DNA of 64,000 bases. Source: Vicinamibacterales bacterium (GTDB lineage: Bacteria; Acidobacteriota; Vicinamibacteria; Vicinamibacterales; UBA8438). Position numbers and translations under genes: made by a program. Below are positions 18,527-27,544 of the stretch, piece after piece. The stretch covers positions 2,857,396-2,921,395 of the forward strand of contig OZ253457.1 in NCBI GenBank assembly GCA_965261285.1. The letters are read 5' to 3'. Every line of letters starts with the position of its first letter. Position 1 is the first letter of the stretch. Under the pieces are notes generated by a model. It was not told the origin of the DNA, ran no database searches, and worked only from the letters and a program-made list of their open reading frames with translations.

Positions 18527-19957
18527 TCAGTCGGCGCCCCGCACCCGCCCCAGCCGGGCCGCGGCGCCGGCGCTCACCAGCACCACCAGTCCGCCCAGGA
18601 CGAGGAGAGGAACGACCGCACGACGGGCGACGTCGGCCGGGCTCTCGTCGACGAAGCTGAAGACCGGCACGTCGGGAAGGACGCCGGCGTCCATCCGCTC
18701 GCTGGCGAGGATCGCCGGCACGAAGAACTGCCGCCACTCGTCGGCGAACGCGCGCACCTGCGACTGGAAGCGCGCGAAGCGCGCGTCGCCCGTGCCCGCC
18801 GCGTCGACGAGCACCTCCTGGGCCAGGAGGGCCGGCGAGAGGAAGCGGTAGCGGCGCACCAGGGCGAGCTGGTCGGCGCGGCGCGCGTCGTGCACCGCCG
18901 TCACCTCCTCGAGGCGGCTGTTCACGGCGTCGGTGGCGGCCCAGGCGAGGGCGCCGAGGCCGGGCTCTTCGGCCACCACCCCGCCCGCCATCTCCGGATG
19001 GTCCTCCAGGTACCGCGCGAGCAGCTCGCTGCGCTGGTTGACGGCGTCGTTCGAGGCCTCGCGCTGGGCGGTGATCATCTCCACCCGGGACGGCAGGGGG
19101 TGCAGCAGCCCCGCCGCGATGTTGACGGCGGCCGGCAGCACCACCACGAGGACGAGCCATGCCCCCACGAGGGCGGTGGCGTTCCAGGCCGAGGACCGCC
19201 GCAGGCCGTTCACCCACGCCGCGAGCGCGAACCAGAACAGCGCGTACACGGTCACCGTCCCGCACCACAGGAGCACCCGGCCGGGCGAGCCGAAGCCTCC
19301 GGTGGCGAGGATGCCGAGCAGGGAGACCGCCGCCGCCAGCCCCACCACGAGGACCGCCCGGAACGCGAGCTTCGCGAGCACCACGTCGCGCGCCGACACC
19401 GGCTGCGACAGCGTCAGGGCCAGCGTCCCCTGCTCGCGCTCCTCCGAGAGGACGTTGTAGCTGAGGGCGAGGACGAGCAGGGGCAACAGATAGACGGTCA
19501 CGAAGGCGAGGTCGAAGCGCCCGACCATCAGGTTGAGGGGGTTCTCGACCTCCCCGTTCTGCTGGAAGGTCGCCTCGTTGGTGTAGATGCTGACGTCGTA
19601 GTAGTAGGGCAGGAGGTCGCTCTGCCCCACCGCGAGGGCGGTCAGGGGCCCCGGCTCGAGCACCGCGGTGCGGGCGCCCCGGGCCCCGCCGAGGACGTTG
19701 GGGGCGCGGGGGTCGCGGAAGGGCGACGAGGGCCGCCCCCCGTTGGCGATGTCGGCCAGCTCCTGCTCCAGGGCTTCGACGCGTTCCGCGTTGCCGGTCA
19801 GCGCCGCCTCCACCGTCCGCTCCTGGAAGCCCGCCCAGGCCATGCCGTTGGCCAGCGCGTAGACGAAGAGGACGGCGAAGACGCCGAGCACGACGCGTAG
19901 CGCCGGGTCGGCCGCGAGGAGGCGCCACTCGTTCCGGAGGACGGTGCGCTGGGTCAT
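18527..19957 (-). CDS. ABC-2 type permease, DUF3526-like (distal copy)
   Basis: Starts MTQRTVLRNEWRLLAADP. Contains SEEREQGTLALTLSQPVS (ABC-2 permease motif), a long periplasmic/cytoplasmic insert and a terminal TM segment. Confidence 0.8.
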   Translation of the reverse strand: MTQRTVLRNEWRLLAADPALRVVLGVFAVLFVYALANGMAWAGFQERTVEAALTGNAERVEALEQELADIANGGRPSSPFRDPRAPNVLGGARGARTAVLEPGPLTALAVGQSDLLPYYYDVSIYTNEATFQQNGEVENPLNLMVGRFDLAFVTVYLLPLLVLALSYNVLSEEREQGTLALTLSQPVSARDVVLAKLAFRAVLVVGLAAAVSLLGILATGGFGSPGRVLLWCGTVTVYALFWFALAAWVNGLRRSSAWNATALVGAWLVLVVVLPAAVNIAAGLLHPLPSRVEMITAQREASNDAVNQRSELLARYLEDHPEMAGGVVAEEPGLGALAWAATDAVNSRLEEVTAVHDARRADQLALVRRYRFLSPALLAQEVLVDAAGTGDARFARFQSQVRAFADEWRQFFVPAILASERMDAGVLPDVPVFSFVDESPADVARRAVVPLLVLGGLVVLVSAGAAARLGRVRGAD

Positions 19958-19959
19958 GG

Positions 19960-21369
19960 CTACGCCACCTCCGCGCGTTGCACGCGCCTCGCGGCGAGCA
20001 GCCCCGCGCCAACCAGCCAGAGCCCCAGCACGAGGAGCGACAGGACCCGGTTGCCGAGGACCCAGCCCAGCGTCGGCGCGTCGTACTGCAGGGGCGGCAC
20101 CGCCGCCCAGAGCTCGGGCCCCGCCGTGTACAGCTCGCCGGTGCGGGAGTTCTCGGCGAGGTCGAGGTTCATCTGCCGCATCATGTCGCGGCGGTACGCC
20201 TCGGCCGCGGTCGCGAAGTGCCGGTGCTGCTCGACGTCGGTGCCGGCCAGCCCCATCGAGAGCGTGCGCACCGCGAGCAGCGGCGCCGCCACCGCGAGGG
20301 CCTCGTGCACGACGCCCTGGCGCTCGAAGGTGTCCCACAGCGCGCCGTAGTTGCGGTCGAAGATGCGGTTCCCGAACTCCTCGCTCTCCTGCAGGTAGAG
20401 CCCGACCTCGTTGACCGGCAGGTCCTCGGCCCGCTCCACGCCGTACTCCGCGAGGAGGCGCTCGCCGAAGGCGGCCCGGTCCGGGCGCTGGATGTCGTCG
20501 ACGCCGGCGGCCATCTCCTGCTCGAGGGTGTGGGCGAACTCGACCGCGGACGGCGTGGGATGGATCCACTTCGACAGGTCCACGGCGGCCCGCGGCGCCA
20601 CCAGCCCGTTCACCACCCAGACCCCCAGCAGGACCACCAGCGCGGTGCGCGCCGAGCGGGCCCAGGCCGACACCGCCAGCCCCAGCCCCACGAACGCGCC
20701 GAAGTAGGCCAGGTAGACGCCGGCCAGGACCGCGCCCCGGGCCAGGGGCGAAGCCGCCGGACCGGTGCTGCCGACCACGAGCGCGGCCGCGCCGACCACC
20801 GCCGCCGGCACCAGCAGCAGCGCGAGCGCACCGGCCACGCCCAGGGCCTTGCCCACGGCCAGCTCGCGCCGGCCGATGCCGGTGGCCAGCAACTGGCGCA
20901 GCGTGCCCTGCTCCCGCTCGCCGGCGAGGGCGCCGAACGTCAGCAGGATGACGAGCAGCGGCACGAGGTTCTGCAGGACCTGCGCCGCGGTCAGGGCCCC
21001 GACGCGCTGGGCGGCCGTCGCGTCCTGGGCCGGGCGCATGAGGAAGTCGTTCTGCCGGTGGGCCTCCAGCCACACCGACGTGCCCGTGTAGGGGTCGACC
21101 CCCTCGTCGACGAACGACAGGGCGAGGCGGGGCTTGAACGCGTAGATGCCGTAGTGGGCGGCCGAATGGGGGTTCTTCTCGCCCTGCGACTCCCAGTGGT
21201 CGCGGGCGGTGGCCTGCGCGGCCGCGAGCTCCTCCTCCGCCTGGCGCGCCTGGACCCAGCCATGTCCCAGCGAGACCAGGAGCAACGCCCCCACCAGGGC
21301 CGCGCACCAGCGGAAGCGGCCGTCCCGGACCACGTCGGTGAACTCCTTCCGGGCGATGTGCTTGATCAT
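19960..21369 (-). CDS. ABC-2 type permease, DUF3526-like (proximal copy)
   Basis: RBS aaggag precedes Met8 (MIKHIARKEFTDVVRDGRF). Contains GEREQGTLRQLLATG. Its stop is 2 nt from the next start. Confidence 0.8.
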   Translation of the reverse strand: MIKHIARKEFTDVVRDGRFRWCAALVGALLLVSLGHGWVQARQAEEELAAAQATARDHWESQGEKNPHSAAHYGIYAFKPRLALSFVDEGVDPYTGTSVWLEAHRQNDFLMRPAQDATAAQRVGALTAAQVLQNLVPLLVILLTFGALAGEREQGTLRQLLATGIGRRELAVGKALGVAGALALLLVPAAVVGAAALVVGSTGPAASPLARGAVLAGVYLAYFGAFVGLGLAVSAWARSARTALVVLLGVWVVNGLVAPRAAVDLSKWIHPTPSAVEFAHTLEQEMAAGVDDIQRPDRAAFGERLLAEYGVERAEDLPVNEVGLYLQESEEFGNRIFDRNYGALWDTFERQGVVHEALAVAAPLLAVRTLSMGLAGTDVEQHRHFATAAEAYRRDMMRQMNLDLAENSRTGELYTAGPELWAAVPPLQYDAPTLGWVLGNRVLSLLVLGLWLVGAGLLAARRVQRAEVA

Positions 21370-21422
21370 CGGTGACTCCTTCTCCGGCAACCGCAGCGAT
21401 GACCGCCGGGGTCATGCGACGG

Positions 21423-21700
21423 GCGCCGATCGCCGCCTTGGGGTAGTGATCGATGTGGATTCGCCGAACGCACGCGGACGCAGCCCGATCCGGGCTGTCT
21501 TCCGGGCTTGGCGCTTGGCAGGTCAGCTCTCGTCACCGGCCCCTACTCGTGCATGTGCTCCAGATGGATGCGCTCGAGAACCGACTCCTGACCCGGCAAC
21601 CGGGCCGAGCGACCGCGAACGTCCCGCCGCGGCCCCCGATTGCCGCCTTGTCCGCTACTCGTGCATGTGCTCCAGGTAGATGCGCTCGAGATCGGCGTGT
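21423..21700. repeat. tandem echo (about 112-bp period, 2 clear copies plus 1 decayed) of the 3' end of the ABC ATPase gene
   Basis: ctactcgtgcatgtgctccag occurs at 21543 (echo) and 21655 (functional stop). A decayed copy, tagtgatcgatgtgg, lies near 21444. gat(c/t)gccgccttg also recurs. Confidence 0.85.
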
Positions 21701-22428
21701 CCAATCTCGTCCGTGCTCATCTCGTTGACCAGGCGCCCGTGCCGCATGATGCCGACGCGGGTGCCGGTCTCCTTCGCGCGAAACAGATCGTGGGTCGCCA
21801 TGAGGACGGCGACGCCGCGGTCCCGGAGCCGCTCGAGCAGCTCGGAGAACTCGTTCGAGGCCTTCGGGTCGAGGCCCGACGTGGGCTCGTCGAGCAGCAG
21901 CGCGCCCGCCTCCTTGGCGATGGCGATGGCGATGCCGACCTTCTGCCGCATGCCCTTGGAGTACTCGGACACGCGCTGACCGACCGCGTCGGGGGGCAGG
22001 CCGGCGCCGACGAGGATGTCGGTCAGCCGGTCCGGGGCCAGCGCCCCCCCGCCGCCCAGGGCGGCGAAGTACTCCAGGTTCTCGAGGCCGGTGAGGTTGC
22101 GGTAGAGCATGACCTGCTCGGGGACGTAGGCCAGGCGCCGCTTCGACTCCAGAGGCTCGGCCGCGACGTCGAGGCCCATCACCCGCACGCTCCCCGCCGT
22201 CGGCTCGAGAAACCCCAGGAACAGGTGGATGGTGGTCGTCTTGCCGGCGCCGTTCGGGCCCAGCAGGCAGTAGATCTCGGACGGCCCGACGCGGAGATCG
22301 AGGCCGGTGACGGCCTCCGTGCTTCCGTATCGCTTGGACAGCCCGCGCGCTTCGAGCGCGGGCGCCGACGCGACCGCCGCAGGCGCAGCGGGCGCCGCCG
22401 GCGCCTCCATCGTCACAGCTTCGCTCAT
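21655..22428 (-). CDS. ABC transporter ATP-binding protein
   Basis: Walker A GPNGAGKTTT, signature-like YSKGMRQKV and Walker B ALLLDEPTSGLD. Confidence 0.9.
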   Translation of the reverse strand: MSEAVTMEAPAAPAAPAAVASAPALEARGLSKRYGSTEAVTGLDLRVGPSEIYCLLGPNGAGKTTTIHLFLGFLEPTAGSVRVMGLDVAAEPLESKRRLAYVPEQVMLYRNLTGLENLEYFAALGGGGALAPDRLTDILVGAGLPPDAVGQRVSEYSKGMRQKVGIAIAIAKEAGALLLDEPTSGLDPKASNEFSELLERLRDRGVAVLMATHDLFRAKETGTRVGIMRHGRLVNEMSTDEIGHADLERIYLEHMHE

Positions 22429-22644
22429 GGATCTCGCTCAGGAGCCCGGGATCACCGGGACTCCCCCCCTCCAAATGAAAGAAGAGCGGAACCGCCGACG
22501 CGCAAATCGGCGCGTCGACGCAGCCAGGGAACCAGGGAGCTGGCCGGAAGTCGTCACTGCGGCTCAGATCGCCGCCCGACCGAGAACCCTGCCAGGAGTC
22601 GGCACCGCTCCGCGGCGCAGACCCCGGGATGCCGGAGAGCGTCG

Positions 22645-22914
22645 TCAGGCGGGAGGCGCCCGGGAGGCGTGCCCCTCGATCTCGGCGGCGCGGGCGTGCC
22701 CCTGCTCGAGCGAGCAGGCGCCGCCCCCGGCCGTCCGATCGGGGCTCTCGTGGACGATGGAAGCGATGAGGGGCGAACCCTGGACGTGGCACAGCACGCA
22801 CGTGTCGCCGCGCCCCTCGGCCTCGTCGTGGAAGTGAGGCGTCGTGGCGACGGCCAGCAGCGCGAGCGCGCCCACCGCGCCCCACCGCAACAGCGTCGAC
22901 CGGGTTCGCCGCAT
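22645..22914 (-). CDS. small exported Cys/His protein, R-A-P-P-A C-terminus (family B, copy 1; DUF2946-like?)
   Basis: N-terminal hydrophobic helix WGAVGALALLAVA, then HFHDE...CVLCH, ending SRAPPA. It lies directly downstream of TBDR 1. Confidence 0.6.
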   Translation of the reverse strand: MRRTRSTLLRWGAVGALALLAVATTPHFHDEAEGRGDTCVLCHVQGSPLIASIVHESPDRTAGGGACSLEQGHARAAEIEGHASRAPPA

Positions 22915-23065
22915 GGTGTCTTGTAGCGCGTTCGCGCGAGTCCGTCAAGGGGCGCGGCCACCGCGATGGCGACGCCGTCGCGCGGAGAGCCTGCCTCGGC
23001 TCCCCGCCGGCGCCCTCCCGGGGCGGTGCAACCCGGGGGCGGAGCCGAAGGCGACGATGAGCGGG

Positions 23066-25441
23066 CTAGTGGAACCGCACCGCGTAGCCCAACCGGACCC
23101 CGCGGCCCATCTCGGGGGCTCGATCCTTGATGTACGACGTGTGGTTGCGATAGAGCGTGTTCGTCAGGTTGTAGCCCGTGAACGACAGGATGTGCGACAT
23201 GTCCTGCAGCGGCCAGACGTACGACGCGCGCAGGTTGACCACGGAATAGCCTTCGGTCTCGGTCTCGCCCCGGAACACGTCGGCCTGTCGCCCCGCGAGC
23301 TCCACTTGCGGGCTCAGCGTGAACCCGCCGTAGGGGATGTCGAGGTCCAGCGTGCCTCGCAGCGGCGGAATCCGCGGCAGCGCCTCGTTGGTCGTCGTCA
23401 GCCGCGCGTCGACGTACCCGAGGCCGAGCGTCAGCCAGGTCCGCCCCAGCCGGGTGCTGCCCCGGGCGTCGAAACCGGAGAAGCGGCTGTCGCCCTGCAG
23501 GATGTTGAACACCGGCAGGTTGTCGGCCACCGCCCCGCTGCGGTTGCCGAAGATGAAGTTGTCGATGTCGTACATGAAGAAGTTCAGCTCGCCCCGGACG
23601 CGGTCGCCGCGGTGCCGCAGGCTCACGTCCAGTCCGAGGGTGGACTCGGCGTCGAGGTCCGGGTTGCCGACGTCGAAGGAGAGCGTGCCGACGTGAGGAC
23701 CGAAGTTGTACAGCTCCTCGATGGCCGGCGCGCGGTAGGAGCGGGTCACGTTGGCGACCAGGGCGTTGCCGGCCCCGAGATCCGCGTGGAGTCCGACCGA
23801 CGCGGATGCGCCCTCGAAGCCGCGGTCGCGCGCGTGGGGCGCCTCGGGGTGCCCCCCGTGATCGTCGTGCCCGTCATCGTGATCGTCGTGCCCGTCATCG
23901 TGATCGTCGTGCCCGTCATCGTGATCGTCGTGCCCGCCGTGATCGTCGTGCGCGCCGCCGCCGCTGCGTTCCGCCACCTGGTAGTCGTCGCGGTCGACCC
24001 GACCGCCGAACTGCACGCGAAAGCGCCCCAGGCTCAGCTCTTCGTAGGCGAAGGCCGCGAAGGACGACAGGTCGGTCCGCGGCGCCAGCGCCTCGACTCC
24101 CGCGGCCTCGAAGTCCCGTATCTGCGTCCAGACGCCGAACTTCCCGGCCAGACGGGCCGTCTGGCGCTGGTCCAGGTCGGCGCGAACGATGTAGGTGCGG
24201 TTGTTGTAGCGGGTACCGACGCGCTGCTGCCCGCCCTCGCTCTCCAGCTCGTCATGGTGCCAATCCACGACGTTCAGGCTCAGGCGCGCTCCCTCGACGA
24301 AGCGGTTGTCGAGGTCCTGGAGACCGATGTCGAACCGCCCGGCGCGGCGCTGCCAGTCGAGCGAGATCGCCGTCTCGCCATGGTCGTCCTCGTGCCCGCC
24401 GGGCTCGCCGTGGTGTCCGTGGAACTCGCCCGCGAACGGCACCCCGTAGCGGCCGCCGTTCGACGTCACCCCGGCGCTCGCGAAGAGCCGGTCGCCCGAC
24501 CAGCCCACCCCGGCCCGCACGGTGCTCGACTCGGTGGCGGAGTTCTCCACGGTCCCCTCGGGCGTGGCGTAGTCGTCCGTCCGCCGCGTGCCGCCGCCGG
24601 CCCAGTAGTGCACGCCGTTCCGCGCGTGTTGCAGGCCGAAGTTGCTGCCGGCCTGCGCGTTCGCGCTCCCCAGGTCGGCGCTGAACTGCGCCCGCGTGCC
24701 GTCGAGCAGCGACTCGCGGTAGCTCTCGTGGGGCGTGATCACGTTCACGACCCCGCCGACCGCGTTCGGGCCGTACAACAGCGTCGCCGGCCCGCGCACG
24801 ATCTCGATGCGTTCCGCGCTGTCGGGGTCGACCGCGACGCCATGGTCGCCGGACTCGCTCGACAGGTCTCCGGTGCGGACGCCGTCCTCCAGGACCAGCA
24901 CCCGGTCGCCGTCGAAGCCGCGGATGATCGGCCGGCTCGCGCCGGGGCCGAAGCCGCGGATCGCAATGCCCGGCTCGTTCCGAAGAACGTCTTCGAGGCC
25001 GGCGGCCGACTCTCTCGCGATGTCGAACGCGTCCACGGTGGTGACCGCGTTGAACGCCTCGAACGTCGTCTCGGTTCCGCCCGCCGAGGCGGTCACGGTC
25101 ACGTCCTCGCGAACGGGCGAGAGTCCGAGCACGAAGTCCACCGCCGCGTCCCCGCCTGGATCGACCTCCACCCTCTGCCGCCCCGCGGTCACGTGCTCGC
25201 GTTGCGCGAGGACCTCGTAGGAGCCGGCCGGCACGCCGTCGATGACGAACCGTCCCAGCTCGTCGCTCAACGTGTACCTGCCCGTGCCCACGACGAGGAC
25301 CACCGCGCCTTGAACGACGGCGTCTTCCTGCAGTGTCACCGTGCCGTGCACCCTGCCGGTCTCCTGGGCAAGGACCGGCGCCGCGGCGAGAACGACCATC
25401 GACGCCGCTGCACGAACACCTGTTGCTGTCAATCGGTACAT
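23066..25441 (-). CDS. TonB-dependent outer-membrane receptor with N-terminal carboxypeptidase-regulatory-like domain and His/Asp-rich loop
   Basis: Signal peptide. CarbopepD_reg-like GRVHGTVTLQ...GRFVIDGVPAGSYEV. Plug with IEIVRGPATLLYGPNAVGGVVNVIT. Barrel ending GYAVRFH. Internal HDDHGGHDDHDDGHDDHDDGHDDHDDGHDDHGGH. Confidence 0.9.
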   Translation of the reverse strand: MYRLTATGVRAAASMVVLAAAPVLAQETGRVHGTVTLQEDAVVQGAVVLVVGTGRYTLSDELGRFVIDGVPAGSYEVLAQREHVTAGRQRVEVDPGGDAAVDFVLGLSPVREDVTVTASAGGTETTFEAFNAVTTVDAFDIARESAAGLEDVLRNEPGIAIRGFGPGASRPIIRGFDGDRVLVLEDGVRTGDLSSESGDHGVAVDPDSAERIEIVRGPATLLYGPNAVGGVVNVITPHESYRESLLDGTRAQFSADLGSANAQAGSNFGLQHARNGVHYWAGGGTRRTDDYATPEGTVENSATESSTVRAGVGWSGDRLFASAGVTSNGGRYGVPFAGEFHGHHGEPGGHEDDHGETAISLDWQRRAGRFDIGLQDLDNRFVEGARLSLNVVDWHHDELESEGGQQRVGTRYNNRTYIVRADLDQRQTARLAGKFGVWTQIRDFEAAGVEALAPRTDLSSFAAFAYEELSLGRFRVQFGGRVDRDDYQVAERSGGGAHDDHGGHDDHDDGHDDHDDGHDDHDDGHDDHGGHPEAPHARDRGFEGASASVGLHADLGAGNALVANVTRSYRAPAIEELYNFGPHVGTLSFDVGNPDLDAESTLGLDVSLRHRGDRVRGELNFFMYDIDNFIFGNRSGAVADNLPVFNILQGDSRFSGFDARGSTRLGRTWLTLGLGYVDARLTTTNEALPRIPPLRGTLDLDIPYGGFTLSPQVELAGRQADVFRGETETEGYSVVNLRASYVWPLQDMSHILSFTGYNLTNTLYRNHTSYIKDRAPEMGRGVRLGYAVRFH
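23859..23955. repeat. about 4.5 x 21-bp in-frame tandem repeat encoding the (G)HDDHDD loop of TBDR 1
   Basis: The unit gtgatcgtcgtgcccgtcatc starts at 23859, 23880, 23901 and 23922, with a partial copy at 23940. Confidence 0.9.
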
Positions 25442-25708
25442 CGGATTCCCTTCCCGGGTTCCACTCCTCGCGACCCTTTCCCGTGTCCATCGCGCAGGGC
25501 GGCCGGGAATGCGCCAGACACCGCGTCAGGGACATGCACCCCGGACGGGCGAGGGTCCGACACCACCGAGCGGTGTCGGGAGACGCCATCCTGTAGACCG
25601 CAGTCGGCTGCGGACAGGCGCTCTCACCGTGGCGCGCATGCTCATGCGCGCGCGGCGGTAGAGCGTCCCGTCGACGAACGATGGACGAAACGAAGCGCGT
25701 GACGGGAA

Positions 25709-26014
25709 CTAGGCAGGCGGGCCGCGGGCGGGCAGACGGCGGAAACAACCGGACGTGATCGACTCGCCGTCGTCAGCCGGTTCGATCGACTCCGGAACGT
25801 CCGCGAATCCGATCCGAGGGCATCCGGACAGCTCGGCGGCGGGCTGGTGACGGTGCTGGCAGGCCGTGCAGTCCTGGCCGACCTCGTGCTCTTCGTGGCA
25901 GATGACCTCGGCGGCCATGACGCCGGCCAGCGCCATCGCCAGTACGACGAGCCAGGCGCGCCGGCCGGTGCCGGCTCGTGGGAGCCCCGCGTGCGCGGGT
26001 TTTCTGTCGACCAT
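25709..26014 (-). CDS. small exported Cys/His protein, R-G-P-P-A C-terminus (family B, copy 2)
   Basis: Hydrophobic helix AWLVVLAMALAGVMAA, then CHEEHEVGQDCTACQHRH, ending ARGPPA. It lies upstream of TBDR 1. Confidence 0.55.
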   Translation of the reverse strand: MVDRKPAHAGLPRAGTGRRAWLVVLAMALAGVMAAEVICHEEHEVGQDCTACQHRHQPAAELSGCPRIGFADVPESIEPADDGESITSGCFRRLPARGPPA

Positions 26015-26140
26015 CCGCTTTCGACCCTAGCAGAGACCGCCCCGATGTGGCAAGGAGCGCGGGAGCCCGACCTCCGGGGGGGTCGCCCGGGGCGGGCGCG
26101 CTTGACTTGGAATCGCCTTTGCATCTTCAATAGGTGGGTG

Positions 26141-26419
26141 ATGCAGTCGAAGCGGGGCACCGCAGTGCTCATCGTGCTCGCGATGGTCGCGCTCGCGACG
26201 CTGGGCATCGCGCTCCACCAGCACGACGCCACCGCACAGACCGCCGCCCACGCCGACTGCGACGCCTGTCACTTCCGGCACCTGTCGGGAATTGCACCGG
26301 ACGGCACGCCCGCGCCGTCCGCGCCGGATCTCGTCGCCCACGCCGTCGCGACCGCCCGCCCCGGCGGCGAACGCGCCACGGCTCTGGGCATCCGTCCCAC
26401 GCGCGGCCCGCCCGCGTAG
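26141..26419 (+). CDS. small exported Cys/His protein, R-G-P-P-A C-terminus (family B, copy 3)
   Basis: MQSKRGTAVLIVLAMVALATLGIALHQHD...HADCDACHFRH...TRGPPA. It is divergent to copy 2. A TTGACT hexamer at 26102 may be the -35 element. Confidence 0.6.
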   Translation: MQSKRGTAVLIVLAMVALATLGIALHQHDATAQTAAHADCDACHFRHLSGIAPDGTPAPSAPDLVAHAVATARPGGERATALGIRPTRGPPA

Positions 26420-26563
26420 CCGCCTCGTCGCGCTCCTGCGACACCCCACGCACTCACGTATCGCTCGTTGCCCGGACCGCCATCCGTGTACGTGCAGGCG
26501 CCAGAGCCTGCCGGCGCGCCGGGTTCCACGTCAGGAATCGTTCCAACAACGGAGGAGAAGCTC

Positions 26564-27514
26564 ATGTCGCGTCTTCGCGGAGAACCGCTCGTCTCTCGAT
26601 GCATGGCCGCCAGCGCGCTGCTGGCCGGATTCATGGCCGGCGCAACGGCCACCCGCGCGCAGGCCCAGGAAGCGGCCGATCAGCCCTTCATGGCGGGCGC
26701 GCCGCTCGACCTGTCGTCGAACGCCAGGACCTTCGGCGGCTTTCGCTTCGCCGAGAGCATGGCCTACGACGAGGCGCGCGACCTGTACGTCGCGGTCAAC
26801 GCCGGAATCGCCCAGGACGTCATCCCGAACGACGGCTACATCTCGCTGATCAACCCCGACGGCTCGGCCCACACGCTGAAGTGGATCGGCGTCGACCGGA
26901 ACGGCCTGACCCTGAACCACCCCCTCGGCAGCGACATCGTCAACGGCCTGCTGTACGTGGCCGACATCAACGTCGTGCGCTGGTTCGACATGGAGAGCGG
27001 CGAGCCGCGGGGCAGCGTCGTCGTCGAGGACGCGCAGCGGTTCAACGACATCGAGGTCGCCGAGGACGGGACCATCTGGGCCACCCAGACCGGGACCGAG
27101 GAGAGCGCCACCTGGCGCGTGTACCGCATCGGGCCCGACGGCGACTCGTCGGTCGTGGTCGAGGGCGCGCCCCTCGCCCGGCCCAACGGCGTCGCCTTCG
27201 ACCCCGACGGCAACATCGTCGTCGTGAACATCAACGACAACGCGGTGCTCACGTTCTCGCCCGACGGCGAGCTCGTCGCGACCGAGCACGCGGTGGACGG
27301 CGGCAACGACGGGCTGGTGATTCTGGACGACGGCACGAAGTACGTCTCCAGCGTCCGGATCGGCACCGTCTCGCGCATCCGTCCGGGGGAGGAAGCGGAG
27401 GTCGTGGCGTCCGGCATCCCGAGCGCCGCCTCGATGGCCTACGACTCGAAGCGGAACCGGCTGCTCATCCCGATGAACAACTGGAACGCCATCACCATCG
27501 TCGAGCTCGACTGA
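26564..27514 (+). CDS. secreted SMP-30/gluconolactonase/NHL-like six-bladed beta-propeller protein
   Basis: RBS ggaggag with ATG 26564. It has a signal peptide. Contains PNGVAFDPDGNIVVVN and repeated blade-like segments. The stop is 30 nt before CobN-like 1. Confidence 0.7.
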   Translation: MSRLRGEPLVSRCMAASALLAGFMAGATATRAQAQEAADQPFMAGAPLDLSSNARTFGGFRFAESMAYDEARDLYVAVNAGIAQDVIPNDGYISLINPDGSAHTLKWIGVDRNGLTLNHPLGSDIVNGLLYVADINVVRWFDMESGEPRGSVVVEDAQRFNDIEVAEDGTIWATQTGTEESATWRVYRIGPDGDSSVVVEGAPLARPNGVAFDPDGNIVVVNINDNAVLTFSPDGELVATEHAVDGGNDGLVILDDGTKYVSSVRIGTVSRIRPGEEAEVVASGIPSAASMAYDSKRNRLLIPMNNWNAITIVELD

Positions 27515-27544
27515 CCCGGCCGCCGCAACAGACGAGGTGACCCG

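Noticed and set aside
22645-22914. CVLCH in small protein copy 1 considered as a c-type heme-binding CXXCH motif.
   Set aside because: The His after the second Cys is not conserved in all paralogs (CTACQ, CDACH, CIVCC). The shared feature is CxxC plus His clusters, which fits metal binding better than covalent heme.
25442-25708. Cobalamin riboswitch upstream of TBDR 1, expected by analogy with btuB and because of the CobN-like genes.
   Set aside because: Reading the minus-strand leader, I could not find the B12-box-like GCCACTG core or the conserved GGTG...AGGGAA...CC arrangement in order. Only scattered GGGAA strings are present. This needs an Rfam scan to be definitive.
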